From positions 3,712,001 through 3,776,000 of the forward strand of contig OY829846.1 in assembly GCA_963691875.1 (NCBI GenBank): a stretch of DNA of 64,000 nucleotides. The letters run 5' to 3'. Both the position numbers and the translations under genes were made by a program. Below are positions 48,467 through 57,254 of the stretch, piece after piece. The stretch comes from Aureliella sp. GTDB taxonomy: Bacteria; Planctomycetota; Planctomycetia; Pirellulales; Pirellulaceae. The notes beneath the pieces are model-generated. The model worked only from the letters and a program-made list of their open reading frames with translations. It made no database searches and was not told the DNA's origin. Every line of letters starts with the position of its first letter. Position 1 is the first letter of the stretch.

Positions 48467-49149
48467 TGCATGATCCCCAAGTAGACAACAACGTCATCGG
48501 TCAGTTGATTTTGATAATCGGATTGATAGTCAGCTTGTCCTAGGTTGACATCTAACGCCCAATCAATGGTGCCATTGGGACCGGCGGAAACGAGTCGAGC
48601 TGCTTGTGCTTCGTTGGATGTGATGTTGTTGTCACTATCGAAATCAATTTGGAGAACAATTGGATTGCCCCAAGCATCGATCATGGTGTCGTCGCCAGGT
48701 GCACCGTAGCTCGAAGTAAAGTTCCGTAGTCCCCAGTCATCGGTTGTGACGTCTGGATAAATCCCAGTTGCTTGTGATAGATAGGGTCCGCGCCAACCAA
48801 TCCTTGTAATGGGATCAAAAACGGGTGTTCCAGCTAACGGAGGGTCTTCGGAGAAGATTTGGCCGATTGTTCTAGGCAATCGATTTGACAAATGCCCCAT
48901 GTCGGCCCACAAACCGGTGGTGGTTTCGGTGCTTACGATCGTATCGCGTATCGTCTGCATCGTAGTTTGCGTGACGATGGATTCCGCAGATTGGTCGCCG
49001 TTACCGATGTCGATCGAAACGCTGCCTCCTGCTCCACCGACCAAAGGAATTACCATTGCGGCGAGTAGCACCAATATGATTAATACGCCCGCGAGTTCAA
49101 CAAGTGTGAAGCCAGATCGCAATGCCAGTGATTTCCTAAAATTCATCAT
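48463..49149 (-). CDS. GspG-like pilin/pseudopilin
   Basis: G|FTLVELAGVL, GWRGPYL, DAWGNPI and SAGPNG. Confidence 0.88.
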   Translation of the reverse strand: MMNFRKSLALRSGFTLVELAGVLIILVLLAAMVIPLVGGAGGSVSIDIGNGDQSAESIVTQTTMQTIRDTIVSTETTTGLWADMGHLSNRLPRTIGQIFSEDPPLAGTPVFDPITRIGWRGPYLSQATGIYPDVTTDDWGLRNFTSSYGAPGDDTMIDAWGNPIVLQIDFDSDNNITSNEAQAARLVSAGPNGTIDWALDVNLGQADYQSDYQNQLTDDVVVYLGIMQ

Positions 49150-49159
49150 GCCAAGGTTC

Positions 49160-49966
49160 CTAGTTCGACTGCGTACGGTTGTCGTAGAACGTCCGTAAGT
49201 AATCGCTGATCCCTGTCACGACAGAAACTCCGTTTACATTCTCCAAGGCAATAACTGTAGACAATGACACCATTTGCCCTTCTACTTTGAACACCGGCAT
49301 GAATCGCGAGTATCGATCTGACACTGCCCCCTCCTCTTGACGCGAGTGAATCGGAGCACTGAGCATTGATTCGCCTACTGCCTCGCAGTTGTTCCCTAAA
49401 CCGAAAACCACGTAATAATTTCCCGCAGCGAGCTGACTTAGGTTTAGCCGAGCACGCGCTGATTCGCCCAAAACAACTACATGGTCGATGCCCGCAGTTC
49501 CGTCGCTCTCCAAAACGTCCCTATCCTGAACTTGGCCAGATGTCATGTCGAAGATCGTTTGCGGTTCATCTGACGTGGGATTTTTGTCCTTATCAATGTC
49601 GGGGCTTTCCACCACCGCTTGTATTCCAGCCGCAGATATTGCTCTAGCAAGTTCATCGGTGACATCTACAACCGCCAACTCGCTACTAGCTACATCAACA
49701 CCCGCTATGACATCTGGTCCAAGCGAATTCGGCAGAGAATCAGCGGTGTGATCAGTCAACAACAAATCAAGTCGGCTGGGAAACTCCCCTTCCGTCGACC
49801 TGAACTGCTGAATTGCCCTGGCGGCTTGACTAATCGTGCCAGCCGATGTCGAAACGCTGGTAAAATTGGGCAAGCGACCAACCAGAAATGTCACTCCACC
49901 CGCGACGATTGCGAGGATGAGAATGACCATCACCAGCTCGACCAGTGTGAAGCCGCCGCGACGCAT
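49160..49966 (-). CDS. Type IV pilin-like protein
   Basis: MRRGG|FTLVELVMVIL; its C-terminus resembles that of 50247-51092 (GLGNNCEAVGESM vs GVGKNNEMTGRTM). Confidence 0.88.
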   Translation of the reverse strand: MRRGGFTLVELVMVILILAIVAGGVTFLVGRLPNFTSVSTSAGTISQAARAIQQFRSTEGEFPSRLDLLLTDHTADSLPNSLGPDVIAGVDVASSELAVVDVTDELARAISAAGIQAVVESPDIDKDKNPTSDEPQTIFDMTSGQVQDRDVLESDGTAGIDHVVVLGESARARLNLSQLAAGNYYVVFGLGNNCEAVGESMLSAPIHSRQEEGAVSDRYSRFMPVFKVEGQMVSLSTVIALENVNGVSVVTGISDYLRTFYDNRTQSN

Positions 49967-50184
49967 ATTGCTCTACCTAGGACTAGTAGAAGAGGAAGGC
50001 CATACTTCTTGCTTGGCCGGAAGCGCAGAATCCCTTCTACTATCAGGAATCTGACTTGATTTGGCTCCAGTGTAGCTAAGATTTTCGAAAGTCGTTTTAC
50101 CGACTCCAAATTCTTCGCTCAAGCGTCGAACCACCAGCACCACATGATTAGCTCACCGACGTGCTGGCGGTTCGCATAAACAAG

Positions 50185-50218
50185 AAGTCGAGGGACGAAC
50201 ATTCTCACCCCTCGACTT
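50185..50218 (-). terminator. Intrinsic terminator-like hairpin after the first pilin gene
   Basis: Perfect 10-bp arms AAGTCGAGGG/CCCTCGACTT followed on the minus strand by CTTGTTT. Confidence 0.6.
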
Positions 50219-50246
50219 AGACTTCAAATAACGAACTCAGCAGCCA

Positions 50247-51092
50247 TTATTCAGGCGTATTAGCGCCCCAGAACTCGCTAAGAGCATTGTTCTGTGACCG
50301 ACCGAAGGCATTCAGCACGGCCTTTAGTTGAGCTCGGCGGCCTTCGCGGGGCGAGTAGACGGCGTAGATGCCAACGTAGCGGCCGTAGACTGAAGATGGA
50401 TCGACACGTGGGTCGGTGGGAATCGACTGCATGGTGCGGCCGGTCATCTCATTGTTTTTCCCAACGCCCATCGCGACAAGCGTCACGTCAGAAGGGACAC
50501 CTTCCGGGTAGATTTCCTGAAGCAATAGACGTTGCTCCTTCTCACTGAGTGCAGCGATCTCAGCTGCGGTCGAAGCTGCTCCATGTTCGGCCGTTCTGTA
50601 TGCGATAGCAAAGGTGCCGCCGTCAGCCATAGCACGCGGCACAGTCCCGCTATTACCAGGCGAACCCTGCAACCAGTCAGAACTATCCGTAGAGTGGTCA
50701 AAGACCGTTCCCATTGAACTGATGCAGTCATAACTATCACCTGTCAAAACGCCGGCGACTAGGAAGTCATAACCGTGATCGAGGAACGCATTGGCTCCAC
50801 CATCATCGGTAGTGTCGATGATATCCGAGGATCCATCCACAATAAGTGAGTCCATGTTGCCTGGGTAGCTGTTGTTTCCATACGTGGTGCGATAGTACTC
50901 GAGGTTGGCGGCGACAGCCGCAGCGGTATTTGCTTGCGCAGCGTAGTTAGCACTGCGGCGAAGCCAGCCAACGATGGGCACAACGAGACCAGCTATGACC
51001 GCGAGGATCATGATAACCATGACCAACTCGATCAATGTAAAACCACCACGACGGGACTTACGGGTCCGTTTTAGGGTAGATATTTTCATCAA
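50247..51092 (-). CDS. Type IV pilin, probably the major subunit
   Basis: Basic leader RRGG|FTLIELVMVIM; first gene of the operon and followed by hairpins. Confidence 0.88.
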   Translation of the reverse strand: MMKISTLKRTRKSRRGGFTLIELVMVIMILAVIAGLVVPIVGWLRRSANYAAQANTAAAVAANLEYYRTTYGNNSYPGNMDSLIVDGSSDIIDTTDDGGANAFLDHGYDFLVAGVLTGDSYDCISSMGTVFDHSTDSSDWLQGSPGNSGTVPRAMADGGTFAIAYRTAEHGAASTAAEIAALSEKEQRLLLQEIYPEGVPSDVTLVAMGVGKNNEMTGRTMQSIPTDPRVDPSSVYGRYVGIYAVYSPREGRRAQLKAVLNAFGRSQNNALSEFWGANTPE

Positions 51093-51328
51093 AAAAATCT
51101 TCTCCGGGGCCTGATCTAGCAGGTCCCATATTCAGGGTTAGGAAGAAAATGCGCAGAGCATTTATAGAAAATTGCTCCTGGCTATGGCCCCAGATGATCT
51201 GACAGCAGAAAGACTTTTGTTGGGCGTCGAAGCCTAATGGCTTGGATCGCAAAATGGCACTGCCAACGCGTTCAAGCTGTGCCGAGAAAGTCTTCCAATT
51301 TCAGCGATGGGCTTGGCTTGGATCGGTA

Positions 51329-51347
51329 ATTGAGAATGAATCTCAAT
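51329..51347. promoter_or_regulatory. Fur-like box 2 (ATTGAGAATGAATCTCAAT) in the divergent pilin/secretin promoter region
   Basis: Perfect 7-bp arms ATTGAGA/TCTCAAT in an AT-rich intergenic region. Confidence 0.72.
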
Positions 51348-51559
51348 CCCATTAGCGAAAGTCTAGCCCGACATCTGAAGGCCGTCAATTGTTAAAAACG
51401 GCAATTTCGTGAAATTACGAACATACGGTAATCTCTACTAAGCCCATTCAATTTGTTGGCACTCTTGCTCGTTGACAGTATCACTGGACGCGTGCAACAT
51501 AGATACTTAAATGCCTTTACAATCAGTGCGACTCCCCCTCGCTGCATGAAGCCAGACCT

Positions 51560-52108
51560 ATGAAACACTTCCGTTTGATGTCCCTCTGCGTCCTGACTGT
51601 TCTCGGTCCATCCGTAGTTGGGCAGGAAGAGCAGAAGTTCGACCCAACTTCACCTTCTCCAAAAATCATCGCGCAAGAAGAGGCGATTCGTGGCTTGGAC
51701 CGTCTCAAGCAACTAGAAGGCGAGCTAACTCGAGTAAAAAACGAACTCGCCAAGTTAAGGCAAGAGCGCGAGAAGATGGTCGGCGAGATGAAGCAGAAGG
51801 ACGCAGAGTTGCTGCTGGTCAAAAAAGAGGCTCAGCAAAAGCAGGCCCTGCGTGATGCGTTACCCACCTTTCGACTGGTGGGTCTGGTTGAAACGGAAAA
51901 GCTCTCTATCGCCGTTGTCCAAGCCGGGGCAAGATCTTACCGGATACGTGACGACCAAAAGTTGATGTTGGAGCTCTCCAACGGTGCCAAGGTCCAGACA
52001 ACTTGCAAGATCAAATCGGACGATCTTGTTGAGCTGGTAATCCCTGAATTGTCCGTGACAGAAACCATCACGTTCCATCCTGGAGCGACGCCAAAGCCAG
52101 GGACATAG
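51560..52108 (+). CDS. Exported coiled-coil protein with a PilP/GspC-like beta domain
   Basis: Signal peptide, coiled coil and FRLVGLVE...IAVVQ...YRIRDD; lies upstream of the secretin. Confidence 0.55.
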   Translation: MKHFRLMSLCVLTVLGPSVVGQEEQKFDPTSPSPKIIAQEEAIRGLDRLKQLEGELTRVKNELAKLRQEREKMVGEMKQKDAELLLVKKEAQQKQALRDALPTFRLVGLVETEKLSIAVVQAGARSYRIRDDQKLMLELSNGAKVQTTCKIKSDDLVELVIPELSVTETITFHPGATPKPGT

Positions 52109-52384
52109 AACAGATTCTTGGCCGACGCGTCCGCTTAAAGCTTCGGTCGTAAGGACTCAGTCACTTGCGCGTCCTGCTTCTATGCGAGCATAGGTCCATT
52201 GGCCTCAACTTCATGCCGCTTGCGCCGTCTTAAAATCGTCAAAATCGTTAGAGTCTGACGCGCGGTCCTGACGATGTACCCTAGTGATGATCCCTTAGTC
52301 CCTGGTCCGCAGTGTATCCGCAGATTGGGACCCAGCAACGGCGCAAGGCAAGACTGGGGGATAGGAGTCGGCCCGCAGTCATGA

Positions 52385-52786
52385 ATGAAATTCATGATCT
52401 CACCTCAGGGATCACCGAACATGCTTATCAGGACGCCGCAGCGCGTTACTGCGTTTGCGATCTCACTCTGCTGTCTATCGGGCTGCCAATCCGTTTGGCG
52501 GGACGCGCCGGCTGTAGCCAAGCCTCCATCCAAAGTGCAGATGGACGCGTCGTGGTTCGCGTCTTCCGGAATGCCCTCTGAGCAGATTGATCAGCTAGTC
52601 CGGCAACGTCGTGATCACATCTCTGCTGTTAAGGCCCAGCGAAACCAGGCCGCTGACTCTCCCGAAACACATGCAATCGCGCTCCCAGAAAAGGATGTAG
52701 CGAAGCCTGCTGATTCCATCGCATCTGATCAACGAGGTGCGCTCGTGTTGGAGTTTGCAGGCAGCAAACAAGGCTCACAAGAATGA
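52385..52786 (+). CDS. Small lipoprotein translationally coupled to the secretin
   Basis: Lipobox LSGC; its stop overlaps the secretin ATG (ATGA). Confidence 0.6.
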   Translation: MKFMISPQGSPNMLIRTPQRVTAFAISLCCLSGCQSVWRDAPAVAKPPSKVQMDASWFASSGMPSEQIDQLVRQRRDHISAVKAQRNQAADSPETHAIALPEKDVAKPADSIASDQRGALVLEFAGSKQGSQE

Positions 52787-54921
52787 ATAGACGACTCATC
52801 ACAATTCTGCTACTGCTTTTACCCTTTGCGGCCACCCTGTTCGTAAACGGTCCAGCACTGCCGCAAGAGACGCCTCCGGTGCGTCGGTCAGCCAATGAAG
52901 CCGCGTACCGCGAAAAGATGGAATATCGTTTGTCGAACGTGCAGTTTGACAATCGTTCGGTGCGCGAGATCATCGACCTGCTCAGCACCTCAACGGGTCT
53001 CAATATTGTGGCGACGCAAGAAGCGGCCGAGGAAAGCGTTACAATGACGCTTCGCGATGTGCGTGTCATCGATGCTATCGAGATGATGGCCAAAATTGCC
53101 GGCTTGTGGTACCGCGTCGAAGAACAGACTGGCATCATTCGGCTGATGACAGCCGAGCAATATCAGGATGACCTGGTCGTCTTTCGCAATGACCTGACGC
53201 GCGTTTTCACACTGTTGCATCCTAATGCCATTTCTATTGCTCAGACCATTCAGTCGCTTTACGGTCCACGTGTCATCCTTGGACTCCAACCCTTTGATGA
53301 CGATATCCTCGTCGGAACTACCGGGATAATCGGAGGTGGTGGTCTCGGTGGCGGCGGTCTCGGAGGCGGTGGATTCGGCGGAGCAGGCGGCCAGTTCGGA
53401 GGCGGCTTTGGCGGAGGCTTCGGTGGCGGTCTTGGCGGTGGATTCGGAGGTGGTCTGGGCGGCGGACTCGGTGGCCTTGGTGGTGGGCGCGGCGGATTCG
53501 GAGGCGGTCTAGGTGGTGGCTTAGGAGGAGGACTCGGCGGATTTGGCGGCGGCTTCGGTGGTCAAGGCGGATTCGGCGGTGGCTTTGGTGGCGTAGGCGG
53601 AGCCTTCTCAAGAGGCGGCGTTGGCAATGGAAACCTCTTGTTTGGCTCGCCGCTGTTCAATGTCCAGCAGCTGCCAGGTGATCCGCTCACCAGCAGTCAA
53701 CTCGCTCAGCTTCAACAACGCTTGCAGACTCTTGAAAACGGACAAGAAGGCGTTTCGAGTCAGGATGTCCAGAACATCACTTCGCGCGAACCGTTGATCT
53801 ATGTTGCTCACAACAAAACACATAGCTTGGTGATCGTCCGGACAAGTGACGAAGAGGCGATGAAAGCCATCGAGCGGCTGATTCTCGAACTGGATCGGCC
53901 AACGCCAGAAGTGTTGCTCGAGATGAAGATCCTCGAGGTGCGTCTTACCGACAACTTCCGCTCGGTGCTGGATGTCGCTTACAACGTCGGACCTCAAGGC
54001 CCGAGCACGGCGAATCAGATTCAACGCAATCCATTCCTCAACTCGGCTCAGACTGCAGCGCAGAGTGTCCTTGGGATTGTCGATAGTCCTGAGCTAAACG
54101 GGAATGGTTCGTTCATCTACCAATTTCTGAACGATCAGATTCGAGCTCGACTCGAAGTCCTCCAAGAGAACAACTTTGTAGCGTCCGTTGCCTCGCCCGT
54201 TTTGCTTTCTAGCAACAATCGACCTGCCCGAATCTTCGTTGGTGAAGAACGTGTATTGGTGACCGGGATCAACTCTGGAGTGGTAACAGCTGCGACTGGA
54301 CCGACTACCTCAGTTGTCCAACCTCAGACGGAAGTGCGCGATATCGGCACGTCTCTCGTTGTACTTCCAAAGATCAACGCTGACCGCACGGTAACGCTTT
54401 CGATCGCGCAGGATCAATCAGAAGTCGTGCCAGACAGCCAACAGCTGCCAGTTTCCAACGGCAGTCAAGTTCAAGAGTTTCCGATCGACTCGGTGCGTTC
54501 CTCGAATCTTCAAGGAACAGTCGTGGCACAGGACGGACTGACGATTGCAGTTGGTGGTTTGATTACAGATTCAACCAATGTTCGTGAACGTCGAGTGCCA
54601 GGTTTGAGCAGCCTACCACTAGTTGGCAAACTGTTCCGGCAGTATATCGACGAGAACGTGAAGACAGAGTTGATTCTGCTGATCACTCCGCATGTGATTA
54701 CTACGCCGATGGAAGGACAGTTTAAGAGTGAAGCTCGACTGCGAGCTCTCTCCGATCACCCTGCAGTGCTCAATGGCGAAGTCTGCAATACCTTGATGAC
54801 CGAAGGATTGCCACTGCCAAACCTGCAGGTTCCTAGTCATGACTGGGACGCGACCAAGCAAGCTCCCTGGCGTGAGGCCTCTGAAGCCTTGCCACCGGAG
54901 CCTGAAATTGGTCTTCCTTAA
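52783..54921 (+). CDS. Secretin (GspD/PilQ family) with a Gly/Phe/Leu-rich insertion
   Basis: N0/N3 domains, VLLEMKILEV, ASPVLLSSNNRPARIFVGE, VGGLI, VPGLSSLPLVGKLF and ELILLITPHVI. Confidence 0.92.
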   Translation: MNRRLITILLLLLPFAATLFVNGPALPQETPPVRRSANEAAYREKMEYRLSNVQFDNRSVREIIDLLSTSTGLNIVATQEAAEESVTMTLRDVRVIDAIEMMAKIAGLWYRVEEQTGIIRLMTAEQYQDDLVVFRNDLTRVFTLLHPNAISIAQTIQSLYGPRVILGLQPFDDDILVGTTGIIGGGGLGGGGLGGGGFGGAGGQFGGGFGGGFGGGLGGGFGGGLGGGLGGLGGGRGGFGGGLGGGLGGGLGGFGGGFGGQGGFGGGFGGVGGAFSRGGVGNGNLLFGSPLFNVQQLPGDPLTSSQLAQLQQRLQTLENGQEGVSSQDVQNITSREPLIYVAHNKTHSLVIVRTSDEEAMKAIERLILELDRPTPEVLLEMKILEVRLTDNFRSVLDVAYNVGPQGPSTANQIQRNPFLNSAQTAAQSVLGIVDSPELNGNGSFIYQFLNDQIRARLEVLQENNFVASVASPVLLSSNNRPARIFVGEERVLVTGINSGVVTAATGPTTSVVQPQTEVRDIGTSLVVLPKINADRTVTLSIAQDQSEVVPDSQQLPVSNGSQVQEFPIDSVRSSNLQGTVVAQDGLTIAVGGLITDSTNVRERRVPGLSSLPLVGKLFRQYIDENVKTELILLITPHVITTPMEGQFKSEARLRALSDHPAVLNGEVCNTLMTEGLPLPNLQVPSHDWDATKQAPWREASEALPPEPEIGLP
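53332..53631 (+). repeat. Coding low-complexity repeat (GGG[F/L])n inside the secretin
   Basis: About 100 in-frame codons, mostly Gly, with varied codon usage. Confidence 0.9.
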
Positions 54922-54992
54922 TAACAGTTTGCTGCCATCTTCGTCGGCTCATAGATAGCGTCTCACCAGATTTCAGAAAAAGCAGAACCCAG

Positions 54993-55721
54993 ATGTCATA
55001 TTCTTGCAACACAAAACGTTTCACTCACTGCTTGGTTCTAGTTCAACTAATGGCTCTCGCACTGAGTGTTCCTACGGCCAAAGCACAGGAGTTTTTGGCG
55101 AAAAATCAATCAACTCGAGCTAGTCGCACACCAACCAGCTTAACCGACATGGTCAAAGTGCAGTACAACGACTTGCAAAAGCCATTCACCGTACAGTCGG
55201 CATCGCATGTTCAAACGGCTGATGCGCTGAGTACCACGATGCCAGCTCCTGCCATGGAGGCAAAGAAGGTTGTGCTGAGCTACGGGATGCACCGCAAGCA
55301 AGCCCTGCGATTGCTTGGCGAGCCCACTTTCGAGAGCATCATTGGTTCGCTCCGCAGAGCGAGGGCTGAGTACCAGGATGTACTGGAGCTATTCTTCGAA
55401 AGGGATCAGCTCGTGTCGATTTTGGCGACCGAACTCGTTCGCAACAGCGCTGGCCGATTACAAACCGAGCTCGGCGATAAAGTTGTAATCTTCGAAGACA
55501 AACTGGACTTTGTCCCGTCACAGGTAGTACACAACGGCGATTTAAGATCCTCAATCGTCAATCACTTCTTCTTCGCAGCATCCCAGCACGCGGCAGCAGG
55601 CATGGAAAATCACTTCACGCCAGCCGCTCCTTGGTGGCAACAATGTCGCTTCGGGCACTATGGCTTTCAGTATGGTTATCCAATCAAGCCTGGAACCTAC
55701 CGTCCGCGGCAAGCTTTCTAG
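54993..55721 (+). CDS. Exported hypothetical protein
   Basis: Signal peptide (AKA|QE) and a GMHRKQALRLLGEP BamE/SmpA-like motif. Confidence 0.6.
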   Translation: MSYSCNTKRFTHCLVLVQLMALALSVPTAKAQEFLAKNQSTRASRTPTSLTDMVKVQYNDLQKPFTVQSASHVQTADALSTTMPAPAMEAKKVVLSYGMHRKQALRLLGEPTFESIIGSLRRARAEYQDVLELFFERDQLVSILATELVRNSAGRLQTELGDKVVIFEDKLDFVPSQVVHNGDLRSSIVNHFFFAASQHAAAGMENHFTPAAPWWQQCRFGHYGFQYGYPIKPGTYRPRQAF

Positions 55722-56176
55722 TGCGGCCAATTAACAGAATGTCCAAACCTGGCCAAACCTGCTTTAGTCGTAAAAAGTAAGGCCCTGTCGGGCATAGTTG
55801 ACTTCTCATTAGCCAGCAATTTTCCTCGGAAATAGCCAGCCAAAGTCTGTTATTCCTGCGAGGAAGCGTCTGTTCGTTCTCCGAAACATGCTGGATGCGC
55901 TGAGTAAAATCTCTTAGGGACATCGCTCTCCCAACGCTACGCGAATCACGGCATCTCTGCTTGCCGACGCGATAACCGCGTACGGGGTGCGATATCTCCG
56001 GGTTGGCTGACGCGTTAAATGCCACGTCCACACTCAACCCACCTGGGGCAACCATGGCCACTATTGCCGAGCCAGAAACGAGGTCAGCCGAAGACACAGT
56101 CACTTAGTCAAATCCGACTCCAGCGAAACGAAAGCCTAAAAAGAAGACTCTGGGGCAAAAGCTTGGCAAGGAAGCC

Positions 56177-57076
56177 ATGATGATGACACGTCGGATTCAC
56201 CTCTACTCAGGGCTCTTTACGTTCCCTTGGGTATTGTTCTACGGATTCTCTGGCTAGTTCTTTAATCATCCTAGCTACTTTCTCGGCTACGAAACTCGCA
56301 ACTTTTCGGCTAGCAGAGAACTGGCTGAGTTGCCGATGCCGGAATCACTTGCAGAACAAGCCGTGGCAAAACTGAATGCTGCGGATGGTAGCCCCAATGT
56401 TGTCCTAACTGGAAGGATCTCTCCGCACTTTGACCGGTATCTGTTCTTCTCAGTAGATACCAACACGCAAACACTTCGCATTGAGATGCATTTGATGACG
56501 GGCGGAGGAGCGGTTCGCACGGAAGAGCGGGAGAAGGACGAAGATGATGAGGAATCCGCAAACGGAGTTCCTCGAAATTTTTTGGGCGATCTCGATAAGC
56601 TTGAGCTTCCCGAGAACACGTACAGCATTGCCAAAGATGAAGTCCCCACGGTGCTCGAGGAGCTGGGGCTTGAGAGTGGTGAGCCATCTAGCGGTAGATC
56701 GTCGACAAGCTTGATATTCTCTGCTGAAGTTGATGGCGTGCCGTGCAAGGTGCAATACAACCTGGCGAGCGGCGGAATCGCAGCTTTCGCTTATGAAGCC
56801 CCGCGCAGCGAGATGACCCTGAAGTCTTTTTCGCAGCGATTGCACCTGAGTCGTGGCTATGCTCCCTCGATGGGCACGAGAATTTGGTGGGCCATTTCAG
56901 TGGACGCCATATTCTTTTCGATGGTCTTTTGGGCTTTCCCTGGAATTTTCATGTGTTGGCAAATCAAGCAGATACGAACGATCGGATTTGTCACTTGCGG
57001 CCAGTGCCATCTGCGTGACTTGGCTAGCATCTGGCATGCACGATCAATTATCCGCTCGCATTCAAACGCGCAGTAG
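56177..57076 (+). pseudogene. PepSY-associated TM protein pseudogene
   Basis: TRRIHLYSGLF...FSG*FFNHP with an in-frame TAG at 56255-56257, QRLHLSRGY, and a probable frameshift near 56993 (the last TM LAASAICVTWLASGMH is in another frame). Confidence 0.75.
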
Positions 57077-57181
57077 TAACAGTAGTCGTTCCATTGCCAG
57101 CAAACTTGCCGAGAATTCACAAGGAAACAGCAAGGGCCTTCTTCAGTTAAACCTCAAGCCCCAAGTCCAGCTTCCAAATAG

Positions 57182-57201
57182 GTGGGGTTCGCCAGAATCC
57201 C
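57182..57201. repeat. REP-like palindrome copy 4
   Basis: GTGGGGTTCGCCAGAATCCC, between convergent genes. Confidence 0.6.
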
Positions 57202-57254
57202 TGACAGTCTTCTTTCGCTCTGCCAAATCCCGTTCGATGTTTGATCAGCGGCGG

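Noticed and set aside
53332..53631. Gly-rich tract as a CRISPR array, microsatellite or assembly slip
   Set aside because: It is in frame, uses mixed codons, and has no repeat-spacer structure.
56255..56257. TAG recoding (pyrrolysine or read-through) in the PepSY gene
   Set aside because: TAG is a normal stop in many genes here, no pyl genes are present, and the gene has a second lesion.
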